From Deltaproteobacteria bacterium (lineage in GTDB: Bacteria; Myxococcota_A; Polyangia; Fen-1088), in the NCBI GenBank assembly GCA_033763315.1, contig JANRKS010000032.1, positions 576,001 to 640,000 of the forward strand: a DNA stretch of 64,000 nt. Reading direction: 5' to 3'. Under the pieces are notes generated by a model that worked only from the letters and a program-made list of their open reading frames with translations, did not search any database and was not told where the DNA came from. The first letter of the stretch is position 1. Each line of letters begins with the position of its first letter. Position numbers and translations under genes: made by a program. Below are positions 49,509-58,829 of this stretch, piece after piece.

Positions 49509-50514
49509 CGGCGCCCTTGCGCACGCGCACAAGCTTCGAGACGCGTCCGTGGGCGTTCCAATCCTCAACGTAGAGGTTGCCGTCTTTGTCCCACGCGGCG
49601 CCATGAGGCGCGGTGAATTGGCCATCTTTCCACTTATCGGGCGCCACATCGTACTTGCCACGTAGGTCGGGGTTTTCGTTGTCACCCAGCTGCGCCACAA
49701 CCTTGAAGTCTTTGTCGAAGATGGAAACGCGGCCCTCGAGATCGACCACCAGCAATGAATCGCCTTGGGTCACAACCTTAGACGGTCGCCGCAAATCTTC
49801 GGTGACTGCAGAGACAAAGTCGCCGTTCAAGGTGAACAACTGCAAACGATGGTTCTGTCGATCGGCCACCACCACACGTGGCTCGGGGCCGCGCAGATCC
49901 AACCCCACGCCGTGCGGCTCTTTGAACGCGCCGCCTTCCCTGGCGCTGCCATTCCATGACTGCAACCACTGGCCTTTGGCATCGAATCGATGCAGCCAGA
50001 AGCGCCCATAGCCATCCACTACATAGATATCACCATTGGGCGCCACATCGAGAGCGGTGGGCAGATACTCTTCGGCATTCTTATACATGCCGTTGGCGGT
50101 GGGGTAGGGGATGCTCATCAGCTCACGCCCATCCAACGAGAATTTGATCGCTGCGTGGCGTTTGAGATGCGCCACCCACAACACTTCCGTGTTGCCTTCC
50201 ATGGCCAACCGCAAACCATGGCTGCCACCGCCCAAGTTATGGCCCCACACCTTTGAGATGCGGCCGTCCGGCTCGGCCACAACGATCGCATTGTTGGTGT
50301 CGGTGCTGAAGATCACATGGCCTTGACGATCAATCACAACGTCGCCATGCGTTTGACCCACCGTCATGCCGGCCGGCAATTTGAGCCAATCCTTTTGCCA
50401 ACGATACGTATGCCTGCCTTGGCCCACGATCAATGAGGCGTCTTTGGTTTGTGCTTGCGTGACAGCGGGCAAAGCAACAAGGGCGGCGAACGTGGCAAAG
50501 AGGCGCAGTTTCAT
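49501..50514 (-). CDS. secreted NHL-repeat beta-propeller protein (PAL-like)
   Basis: Signal peptide; repeats PT..DVAPNGDIYVVDGYG, F.EPHGV, VADRQNHRLQ, FTAPHG..WD.DGNLYV. Confidence 0.8.
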   Translation of the reverse strand: MKLRLFATFAALVALPAVTQAQTKDASLIVGQGRHTYRWQKDWLKLPAGMTVGQTHGDVVIDRQGHVIFSTDTNNAIVVAEPDGRISKVWGHNLGGGSHGLRLAMEGNTEVLWVAHLKRHAAIKFSLDGRELMSIPYPTANGMYKNAEEYLPTALDVAPNGDIYVVDGYGRFWLHRFDAKGQWLQSWNGSAREGGAFKEPHGVGLDLRGPEPRVVVADRQNHRLQLFTLNGDFVSAVTEDLRRPSKVVTQGDSLLVVDLEGRVSIFDKDFKVVAQLGDNENPDLRGKYDVAPDKWKDGQFTAPHGAAWDKDGNLYVEDWNAHGRVSKLVRVRKGAAK

Positions 50515-50574
50515 GAGGGCGCATCTTGCAAAGCATCTTTAGCGAAGGGCAAGAGCATTTCGCCCCAGATGCCA

Positions 50575-50611
50575 AGAAAAATGAATGTGGCACCAGGCGC
50601 GTTGGTGCCAC
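50575..50611 (-). terminator. hairpin terminator ending the kinase-Cache-cupredoxin-cytochrome operon
   Basis: GTGGCACCA-N7-TGGTGCCAC (50587-50611), followed on the minus strand by ATTCATTTTTCTT. Confidence 0.55.
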
Positions 50612-50623
50612 GTGGAAATCAAA

Positions 50624-51289
50624 TTAACGCAAGGATTCGGGTCGCCGTGGATACAGGCTTGGCGGGAAACGGCCTTCGATGCCGCCTGATTGATATTCCA
50701 AGAAGTACAAGATTGCCCAAATCAGCTCTTTGGAAAGCTTGCCTTTCCACACGGGCATCTCTGATTCAACACCGTCTTTATCGGGACCACCGTTGTAAAT
50801 GATATTGAACACTTGCTGGTAAGGACGGCGTGCGCCAAAAAACAAACCTGTTCCCACGCCCCATCCGGGCGCCGGCGGGGGCATGGTGGACGCGTCTTCA
50901 ATGTTGCGGCGGCCACCGTGGCACTCGTTGCACAACGACGTCCAAATGGCGACGGCCTCCGTGGATGTTTGGTTGTCCCAGAACACCCGTGGCGCTTGCC
51001 GATCCGAAATCGCTGCGTCGCGATCGCGGGCCTGCGACTCGCTGATGCCCAGTCCTGAAGATCGCAGCGGCCACCACGCCTCCGAAATGTGGATGGGCAG
51101 CTCTGATTCCTCGTGAGCCACGGCCTTCTTTTTGCTTGGCTTGCGCGACAAAACGAACGCGCTGTCGCTGGCCGCCGCCTTAGACTCGCCTGGCTCGATC
51201 GTTCTGACGGGCGGGGTTTGTACCGGGCTGCAACTGATGGTGGTCAGTGCAGCCGTGAAGGCAAACAGGGATTGTTTTCGCATTTTCAT
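50624..51289 (-). CDS. mono-heme c-type cytochrome lipoprotein
   Basis: Lipobox-like TISC; CNECH; distal Met motif EMPVWKGKLS.E.IWAIL.FL; ATGA overlap with the upstream gene. Confidence 0.85.
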   Translation of the reverse strand: MKMRKQSLFAFTAALTTISCSPVQTPPVRTIEPGESKAAASDSAFVLSRKPSKKKAVAHEESELPIHISEAWWPLRSSGLGISESQARDRDAAISDRQAPRVFWDNQTSTEAVAIWTSLCNECHGGRRNIEDASTMPPPAPGWGVGTGLFFGARRPYQQVFNIIYNGGPDKDGVESEMPVWKGKLSKELIWAILYFLEYQSGGIEGRFPPSLYPRRPESLR

Positions 51290-52227
51290 TCGTAGGATCC
51301 GTAGGCGCGGTTTTGTTTGTTTTTGTGCCCGCGGGCTTTGGGCTCAAGCTTCATGTCCACTTCAGCCACACCACCGCCATCCAGTTCAACCCATTGCGTG
51401 GTCAAGCGCGATCCAGGTGACCACACCACGATCTTGCGTTTGCCGCTGGGAACGTTATTGATCTCGAATGTGCCATCGGCTTTGACCTTGGCGAAGTGGC
51501 GGTTCGGTACAACCAACATGTTTGCCGCCATCTGCGGGTGAATGTTGCAGAACACATCCACGGCGCCCGCTTCATTGAAGGTGTGTGCCTTGGGTTCGCC
51601 TGCGGCGTTATAGAGGCCAAGGTCGAACGAGTTGCCCGAACTCAGCGAAAACACGTTGTGGTAAACCTTATCGAGGTTCGGAAACACTATCGTGGTTCCG
51701 CGTTGAACCACAGCCCAGGATGGAACGAACTGCTTGTCCCTTTGTTCCACAACCACCTTCTCGTTCTTCACCGGGGATGCAAACACGTTCTCAACGTAGG
51801 CGTAAGCGATGGGTTCGCCTTTAGGCACCTCCACCTTGCCGCGCACAACGCCAACGGCGGGCGCCGCTGCCATGGGCACCTCGCGTCGCCGCGCAGGCTG
51901 ACCCTTGCCACCGGCTTTGCCTTCGCCTCGTCGAGGCGCTTCTTCGCGTGCGGCGGGTTCGGGCAAGCTTGGCGCCTCATCAGACGACACCGCTGGGGGC
52001 GGCGGCGCACCCTTAAGAGCACGCGCCGTGATGTCGGTGCTTTGCCGATGCAACTCAGCCAGATCCGTCAAGGCCGATTGCAGCGCCTGCACTTGTGAAC
52101 GCAGTTGACGAATCTCGCGCTTCATTTCCTCGACGTTTGCTCCATCGCCAGGGGCATCCGCAGCCGACGCTGGGATTGATGCCGCTGATGCGATGGCAAG
52201 CGCGATCGCGATTATCTTGATGTTCAT
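51286..52227 (-). CDS. exported coiled-coil plus cupredoxin (type-1 Cu) / carboxypeptidase-regulatory-like protein
   Basis: Signal peptide MNIKIIAIALAIASAASIPASA; FPN.D..YHNVFS, FDLGLY, CNIHPQM (His/Cys/His/Met site). Alternative start at 52263. Confidence 0.85.
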   Translation of the reverse strand: MNIKIIAIALAIASAASIPASAADAPGDGANVEEMKREIRQLRSQVQALQSALTDLAELHRQSTDITARALKGAPPPPAVSSDEAPSLPEPAAREEAPRRGEGKAGGKGQPARRREVPMAAAPAVGVVRGKVEVPKGEPIAYAYVENVFASPVKNEKVVVEQRDKQFVPSWAVVQRGTTIVFPNLDKVYHNVFSLSSGNSFDLGLYNAAGEPKAHTFNEAGAVDVFCNIHPQMAANMLVVPNRHFAKVKADGTFEINNVPSGKRKIVVWSPGSRLTTQWVELDGGGVAEVDMKLEPKARGHKNKQNRAYGSYE

Positions 52228-52262
52228 GGTGTTCTTGATCCTCTCTCTCGTTTGATCGTTCA

Positions 52263-53204
52263 TCACGCTGGCTCCTGGTTTGCCTTGCGCAAGCCCAGCC
52301 AAAGCACCACGGCGAACGTGATGCACATGAATACGGCGGGGGCCCATGTGGCGACTTTTAGAAGTCCAACGCGCTCAACATGTTGGTAGTGCGGCACGAG
52401 CCACACGGTTTTGCCTGCGCTTGCCATGTTGCTCACGGGCGAGGCACTGGCCAGATAGTCCCTGTCGCTGCGAACCAGCCGCTGCTCGCCCTCGGCAAGG
52501 TCTGACGCCAAACGGAAGGCGTTAAGGACAGAGGGGTTATCCGAAATCTTCGATACAACTTTATCGCCCACCACCACCGCACCCTGCGCGCCCAGTGCCT
52601 TTTCGATGCCAGTGAACGATGATTCACCAAGCTCAAAGCCCATCATGAATAGCGCTGCAACCTCATCGCCCGTGCGGATGGGTGCCACACCAAGCACGCG
52701 CACCTTGTTGGTGAACGTCCAGATATATGTGGAGGGGTTCTCCAGGGCGGCCTTGACCAGTGAAGATGAACCTAGATCCAGGTTGCGCATTTCATCGGCC
52801 CCTACGACCGAGCGCACCTTGCCTCTGGTGTCGAGCACCGCCAGCACGCTTGCGTTCGATGATTTTTGCAAGTCCGTGAGCACGTCCGTGATGGTGGCCT
52901 CATCCAACTCAGGGGTGATGACGGTGGAACGGATGCGCGTGTCTTCCGCCAGCACGTTCACCTCTGACAGCAGATGCCGACGCTGTTGCTCAACAAACTG
53001 CGCCAACAGCGCGTTCGATTGCCTCAACGTGTCTGCATCCATTTGGTTGAGCAAAGACGTCACTTGGCGGTCCATCGCCCACGCCGCCAGACTGGTGAGC
53101 ACCAATAGCGCCGTGACCGACGCGATGGCGGCCACTGGCTTGGGCCGCTCCACGCGTGTCACCGCTTGTGGCGATGAGTACATCTGAAATTTGGCAACCG
53201 TCAT
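52263..53204 (-). CDS. membrane-bound double-Cache-like sensor domain with no cytoplasmic output
   Basis: TM1, long helix, LAVLDTRGKV, VAPIR.GDEV....MGFEL, TM2, then only an 8-residue tail; ATGA overlap with the kinase stop. Confidence 0.7.
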   Translation of the reverse strand: MTVAKFQMYSSPQAVTRVERPKPVAAIASVTALLVLTSLAAWAMDRQVTSLLNQMDADTLRQSNALLAQFVEQQRRHLLSEVNVLAEDTRIRSTVITPELDEATITDVLTDLQKSSNASVLAVLDTRGKVRSVVGADEMRNLDLGSSSLVKAALENPSTYIWTFTNKVRVLGVAPIRTGDEVAALFMMGFELGESSFTGIEKALGAQGAVVVGDKVVSKISDNPSVLNAFRLASDLAEGEQRLVRSDRDYLASASPVSNMASAGKTVWLVPHYQHVERVGLLKVATWAPAVFMCITFAVVLWLGLRKANQEPA

Positions 53205-55003
53205 TCGGTCCTCCCGTGTTTGATAGATACGATTTGCTCGCCAGGCTTGATCTGGACTTGCTGTGAAAACACAACTTGATCGGCGCTCTCGACGCGCAAG
53301 CGATGTTCACCCACCGGCACCATGAAGGGCTGTGCGGCGCCCGGCATCTCAACGTCATCAACGTAGACCCGGGCCTCTGCAGGCAAACCGCGAAGAACCA
53401 CACGTCCGTCGGACTCAATCATCTTGAACACCTGCGGTGGCGATTTACCGGCCACCACGGAAAGGCGGCGATCTTCGGTCTTGTAACCGGCCTTATCGAG
53501 GTGAAGCGTGATCTGTCGACCAACCTTGAGGCCACGCAGAACTGCTGGCGTCGTTAGCCCGCTTGGTTCGCCATCCACAAAGATGATTGCACCCGAGGGA
53601 TCGCTTTGCACTTCGATGGCGCCCATTGTGGTGGTCTGTTGCGTAGAACCCGCCCAACGAGGAGCTTCCTGTCGCAATGAAAACCCAACGACGATGGCCA
53701 CAACCGCCGCCGTGCCAGCGGCAATCATCCAAACCGGTGTGCGTGAACGTTTGGTGATGTGTGTGGCCCCGTGGCTTGCGGCACGGCTGACCTCTGTTGC
53801 TGGCAATGGTGTCTCCGCGGAGGCCCGCAACCCCGCGCGTGGAACCGCGGCGTCGGCTGCTCCCACTTGACCACCGCTGATTCGCTCAGTGGCAACATGG
53901 TCCGCGCTGGGGCGTTGTGTGGACCACAGAGCGCGCGGTTGTGCTGATAGGCTTCTGCCTGGAGCCGGCATGCCTGCGGCCGTCACCAGCCTTCGTACCT
54001 TTAGCTGCTCAAGCGCCGCTTCCACTTCTGTGCCTTGCGCGATCGCCTTTTTGAGGGCGGCGCGGTTTGGCTCAAACAGCGACTCCATCCACAAGCCGAT
54101 GCTTTTCGAGGTAGGCCGTTGTTGCCTTTGTACCAAGAACGCGTCGAGGGCTTCTGAGAGCTCGTGCGCGCTTTGAAAGCGCGCGCGTGGATCGCGGCTT
54201 AAGGCCCGCATCGTGATCGCGTCAAGATCGCGAGGCACATCGGGCCTCAAAGTGCTGGGGGCCGCGATTGTTTGCGACCGTACGGCGTCCATGGTTTGTG
54301 CGTCGTTTGGTTTCGCGAACAAGCTGCGGTTTGTGAGTGCCTCCCACAGCACGATGCCAAGGCTGAAGATGTCGGTGCGCCGATCGACGTCGCCGCCGGT
54401 GATTTGCTCTGGCGCGCAATAGGCGTACTTGCCTTTGAACACCCCAGGGCTGGTTTGGGTGCTGCCTGGCGCGTTTTTCACAATGCCAAAGTCAAGCAGC
54501 TTGACCATCCCGTAATAGGTCACGAAGATGTTCGAAGGGTTGACGTCGCGGTGAACCAACCCTACGGGCTTGCCCGAGGGTTCACGGATGTCGTGAGCGT
54601 AATGAAGGCCATTGGCGCTTTGCTGCGTGAGAGCCACAGCGATCTCCACCGTCATGGGTTCGCTGCGTTGACACGCTAAAAGAATCGCGGCCAGATCTTC
54701 GCCTGGCAAATACTCCATGCTGATGAAGTAAGAGCCATCGGCTTCACCCAACTCGTAAGTTGCGACGATGTTCGGGTGCTCTAAGCGCGCCGCCATACGT
54801 GCTTCATTGAGGAACATGTCTTCAAACTGCGGGCTATTGGCGAGGTGCGGAAGAATTCGCTTAACGGCCACGATCTTGGAGAAGCCCTGGATGCCTTGTT
54901 GTTCTGCAACGAACAACTGTCCCATGCCTCCTTGTCCAAGCAATCCGCGCAGTCGGTAGCGACCAAACGCTTCGCCTTGTCCTTGGCTCTTGAAAGCTTC
55001 CAC
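53201..55003 (-). CDS. transmembrane Ser/Thr protein kinase with periplasmic PEGA domains
   Basis: LGQGGMG, VAVKRI, HRDVNPSN, DFG, GKYAYCAPE; TM; SDPSGA.IFVDG...TP PEGA repeats. Start GTG 55003 or 55060. Confidence 0.92.
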   Translation of the reverse strand: MEAFKSQGQGEAFGRYRLRGLLGQGGMGQLFVAEQQGIQGFSKIVAVKRILPHLANSPQFEDMFLNEARMAARLEHPNIVATYELGEADGSYFISMEYLPGEDLAAILLACQRSEPMTVEIAVALTQQSANGLHYAHDIREPSGKPVGLVHRDVNPSNIFVTYYGMVKLLDFGIVKNAPGSTQTSPGVFKGKYAYCAPEQITGGDVDRRTDIFSLGIVLWEALTNRSLFAKPNDAQTMDAVRSQTIAAPSTLRPDVPRDLDAITMRALSRDPRARFQSAHELSEALDAFLVQRQQRPTSKSIGLWMESLFEPNRAALKKAIAQGTEVEAALEQLKVRRLVTAAGMPAPGRSLSAQPRALWSTQRPSADHVATERISGGQVGAADAAVPRAGLRASAETPLPATEVSRAASHGATHITKRSRTPVWMIAAGTAAVVAIVVGFSLRQEAPRWAGSTQQTTTMGAIEVQSDPSGAIIFVDGEPSGLTTPAVLRGLKVGRQITLHLDKAGYKTEDRRLSVVAGKSPPQVFKMIESDGRVVLRGLPAEARVYVDDVEMPGAAQPFMVPVGEHRLRVESADQVVFSQQVQIKPGEQIVSIKHGRTE

Positions 55004-55316
55004 TTCACAAAGTCGTTTCGGCCAATCGCGAGATGACTTAAGAGAAAAGATCACAAACACAGGTCACGCACTGACCTCGATGGCTCAAGTTTTAAAATTC
55101 GCTGACGAGACAACCCGACGTCGCGCTGAGGATCATCTGCAAGCGCGTTAAGTGCGTCGCTTCAATCAACAAAAAGCGACGCTTTTCTCGGGAATATTGC
55201 GTCTGATCGACGTACACGCGTCACCACCATGGTCTGCAATTCGTGCGTGCGACCATGAAGACAACACCATTTGGTAACGCTCGTGTCGTCGCACATGTCA
55301 AAGGTGCCGTCGGATT

Positions 55317-56978
55317 TTGAAAAACGTAACGACAAGGAAACTGCGCGATGTTGTCAAACGCAAACCAGGCGATGCGCGCGCATGGTTTGCCCTCGGACAA
55401 GCCGCGCTGGAGTGCGGCGAGATCGAAGATGGCAGGCACGCGCTTCGGCACGCTGGTGAAGTGTCGCTTTACGATCCTGATCTCTGTATCTCTGCCGCAA
55501 ATCTATTTGTTAAGGCAGGATTCTTAGCTGACGCGGAGGCCGTGCTGCGCCATGTGGTTGAACATCATCCTGTGGAGCTTGAAGGCCGCGCGGGCCTTGC
55601 GCGCCTGTTGTTGGAGACGGGGCGCGCCACCGAAGCCGCACGCGAGGGCGCTGTGGCGCTGCGCATTTCGCCCAACAGCATCGACCTACGTCTGTTGGCC
55701 GCGGAAATCAACGAACGCACGGGTGCTCTTGCCGCGGCGGCAGATCATCTAGCCGTCGTGTTGACGGCGCAACCCGCGCACGTTGAAGGAAACCGCAGCC
55801 TCGCTCGGATCCTGATGAGCCTTGGCGATGTTCCTGGTTCGATCAGATGTTTGCGTCGCGTGGTTGGCGCCACGCGTGGCGAGGATTTCGATTTGTTGAC
55901 GCTGCTGGGACAAGCGCTGTCAAGCAACGGCCAGCATGCAGAAGCGGTGCAGATGTTGAACGACATCGCACACAAGATGCCGAACTTCAGCCCTGCCTTC
56001 GCAAATCTAGGCATGGCGCTTGTGGCTGCCACGCGCCTTGAAGAAGCCGTGGAAGTGCTTCTGCGCGCTCTTGAACTTGATCCTCGCTCCGCGCAAGCGC
56101 ATTGCGGCTTGGGAATTGCGTACCAAAAACTTGGTAAGTGGGAGGAGGCCGTCGAAGCCTTTCGGGCCACTGAGCAGCTTGCGCCTGACAACGCTGTGGG
56201 ATCGCTGAACCTCGGCTTGGCGCTTGATGCTGTGGGCGACAAAGACGGAGCGCGGCGCGCTTTGCTGCGTGCCGCCGCCGTGGCGCCCGAAGATGAAGAG
56301 ATCAGCCGCGCGTTGGAAGAGTTCTTGTTGAAGACGTCGCCGTCAGTCTCACCGGCCACACAAGCAAGTGCATCGCCCGCACCGGCGCCGCCCGCGTCAC
56401 TGTTGTCGACCAGCGAGATCCAGGCCTTGGCGCCGCAGTCGCTGCACTTTGAGGCCTCTATCAAAGGTGATCTAAAGAGTTTTCAGCTGTTCGACGTGCT
56501 TGAGTTCCTGCGGCTGCAAAACAAGACAGGATCGCTTGTTATCTCGGCCCCAAGTGGCGCTGGCATCGTTCGCATGGTTGGCGGCGCGGTGGCTTGGGCG
56601 TCCGCGCCAGGGCTGCGACGGTTGGGCGAAACGCTGGTCGACGCTGGCGTGATCAGCAAGGGCAATCTGGAATTTGCCCTGGGGCGACAGCGCGAGGCCG
56701 AAGAGCGCGGACCACATCAAGGAGCACACAGCTTCGATCCACTGGGGCTTGTGCTGCTGCGAGAGCGCCTCGTCACACGCGAGCTGCTCTCGAAATTTGT
56801 CTTCAAGCGAATCATGGACGCGCTGGCGCAGATGGTCTCGTGGCCCGCGGGCGCCTTTTCATTTCACGACGCTGATTCAAGTGAATCGCCACCCATCAGC
56901 TTCAATTTGCAGGAAGTGATGCTGGATCTCATGCGTGTCATCGACGAGCAGAACAACCCCAGCGCGCCCACATCGTGA
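55317..56978 (+). CDS. TPR-repeat protein with C-terminal DUF4388 (PatA-N) domain
   Basis: About 9 TPRs (ALELDP...AHCGLG.AY); IKGDLKSFQLFDVLEFL....KTGSL, RLGE.LV..G.IS, W..GAFSF. Confidence 0.85.
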   Translation: MKNVTTRKLRDVVKRKPGDARAWFALGQAALECGEIEDGRHALRHAGEVSLYDPDLCISAANLFVKAGFLADAEAVLRHVVEHHPVELEGRAGLARLLLETGRATEAAREGAVALRISPNSIDLRLLAAEINERTGALAAAADHLAVVLTAQPAHVEGNRSLARILMSLGDVPGSIRCLRRVVGATRGEDFDLLTLLGQALSSNGQHAEAVQMLNDIAHKMPNFSPAFANLGMALVAATRLEEAVEVLLRALELDPRSAQAHCGLGIAYQKLGKWEEAVEAFRATEQLAPDNAVGSLNLGLALDAVGDKDGARRALLRAAAVAPEDEEISRALEEFLLKTSPSVSPATQASASPAPAPPASLLSTSEIQALAPQSLHFEASIKGDLKSFQLFDVLEFLRLQNKTGSLVISAPSGAGIVRMVGGAVAWASAPGLRRLGETLVDAGVISKGNLEFALGRQREAEERGPHQGAHSFDPLGLVLLRERLVTRELLSKFVFKRIMDALAQMVSWPAGAFSFHDADSSESPPISFNLQEVMLDLMRVIDEQNNPSAPTS

Positions 56979-57082
56979 GGCCGTGAGCGCAGCATCAACC
57001 CACTACGGAACCTCGCTACATGTTTTCACACACAAAGACCAAAAGTCCGTTCGGTATCAACATCCACACACAGGGTCGAATC

Positions 57083-58447
57083 ATGAGAAACATTTGTTCT
57101 TGGCTCGTTAGTCTTTCGCTGGGCTTGGTTTGGATTGCCAACGCGCAGGCGCAAGAAGGGCCAAACCCCGACGCGCCAAGCCTGCCGGAGCCGGCCGACG
57201 AAGAGGCCGTTGAGGGCGATCGCTTCTCGCAGCTTGAGGAACAAATCGCGGAGCTTAAGGAGAGGGTTCGGCAAGGTGAGGCGGAACGGCAGGTCGCTTC
57301 GCCACTTACCATCAACGGCTACGTTGACTTCGGCTTCTTCGCACCCATGGGCAACAACGGCGTGGGCTATACGCGTGATGTGGCGAATCGGCAGTTCCCC
57401 CAATACCGTCCCTTTGCGTGGACTTTCTTGGGCGACATCCTCGGCAGCACGATCAACTCGCGTGGTGAAGCGGCCGACTTGGGCGACGCGCCTGGCGTCG
57501 ATCGCTTTGATAGCGTTAATTCAGACGGCGCTGCGGGCTTCATTGCGAACGAACTCAATATGCGCATTGGATATGCGCTGTCGGAGAACGCCATACTGCG
57601 CACAAGCGTGAACTTCATCCCGCGCAGTGGGAACCAGGACTTTAGCCTCGGGGATTTTGTGGAAGCGGACATTGCTGAGCTGGAGTACGTCCTGACGGAG
57701 GATGGCAACACGTCTCTGTTCGTCGGTAAGATGCTTCCTGTTTTCGGGATTGAGTATAAAGATCGAAAGTCTGATCAGCGATTTGGTGTGACCCCGTCCC
57801 TCATATCGCGTTACACGACGGGACCACAGCTCGGCCTGAAGCTGCGCAGTAAGCTGCTGAACGACTGGGTCATCTTGGCGGGGTCCGTCACAAACAACTC
57901 ATCCACCACCGAGCAGTTCGACTTTTACCGCGAAATTGATCGCAATAACTCGAAAACCCTCAATGGCCGTGTGGCGTTGAGCGCGCCACTTCTGCACAAC
58001 CGGCTGGAGCTTGGATTTTCAGGTGAGTGGGGCGCGCAAGATAAGGACCGCAGCGGCGGACGTGAGATCTGGTTCTTGGGCGTCGACCTGCAGTACTTGG
58101 GCACCAGCGTGTGGCTTAAAGCGCAGGCCATGCGCGGAGGCGCGCCAGGCACCGCAGATGATCGTGTATGGGGCCTGAAGTTGCGTAACTCTGGTTATGT
58201 TGAGGTTGATTGGATGTTCTTGCCGCGCGTGGGTACCATACTGCGCGCCGAGCTTCGTGACGCGTTTGTCACGTTGGGAACAGAGCGCGCCTACTTGACG
58301 AAGCAGATGCGCTTTACAGGTGGTGCTCGCGTTGTGCTCAATGAGCATATGTTCGTGAAAGCGGAGTACTACTACAACCGCGAGTATGGTGGTGTAGAGC
58401 AGTTCAGGAACAACATGTTCACGAGTTCGTTGGTGCTCGCGTATTAG
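57083..58447 (+). CDS. outer-membrane beta-barrel protein (porin-like) with N-terminal coiled coil
   Basis: Signal peptide, LEEQIAELKERV coil, TINGYVDFGF, VGKM.PVFG.EY, terminal strand SSLVLAY. Confidence 0.75.
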   Translation: MRNICSWLVSLSLGLVWIANAQAQEGPNPDAPSLPEPADEEAVEGDRFSQLEEQIAELKERVRQGEAERQVASPLTINGYVDFGFFAPMGNNGVGYTRDVANRQFPQYRPFAWTFLGDILGSTINSRGEAADLGDAPGVDRFDSVNSDGAAGFIANELNMRIGYALSENAILRTSVNFIPRSGNQDFSLGDFVEADIAELEYVLTEDGNTSLFVGKMLPVFGIEYKDRKSDQRFGVTPSLISRYTTGPQLGLKLRSKLLNDWVILAGSVTNNSSTTEQFDFYREIDRNNSKTLNGRVALSAPLLHNRLELGFSGEWGAQDKDRSGGREIWFLGVDLQYLGTSVWLKAQAMRGGAPGTADDRVWGLKLRNSGYVEVDWMFLPRVGTILRAELRDAFVTLGTERAYLTKQMRFTGGARVVLNEHMFVKAEYYYNREYGGVEQFRNNMFTSSLVLAY

Positions 58448-58467
58448 CACGCTTGTCAGATTTTCTG

Positions 58468-58497
58468 AAAAAACGCCGGGAATACTCGGCGCTTTTT
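58468..58497 (+). terminator. intrinsic terminator after the barrel gene
   Basis: AAAAAA-CGCCGGG-AATA-CTCGGCG-CTTTTT. Confidence 0.7.
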
Positions 58498-58829
58498 CGT
58501 TCTTGTGTTGGTTCTGCGTGTGTTTGGTTGATCCCGCGGTGCGCGCGTGTGCCGCGGTTGTTGAGATCTGTGCGGCCATCTTACGTGCGTCGTACATGTC
58601 TGAGGTTTTATTGGGTCATTTTTTGTCTGGGCCTGGATTTATGCGTTTTTCGCGGGAAAACTTGAAATCCGTGAGCCGGGCGAATAGCGATCGCAGTTTT
58701 GATCTGCGATCCAAGATCGAAACGGTCACTTTGCTTTTGCAGCTTTTTTGTTCTGTCACTCAATGGCTCTGTGCAATCCGACGACACTTGCGGGGCACCG
58801 AGAATTGGTCACGGTGAATGGAGGAGATC

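Noticed and set aside
50587-50611. NtrC-like site GCACCA...TGGTGC
   Set aside because: The spacer is longer than in the NtrC consensus, and the position just after a stop with a T-rich tail fits a terminator better.
58699-58714. FNR box (TTGAT-N4-ATCAA)
   Set aside because: The second half-site and the spacing do not match.
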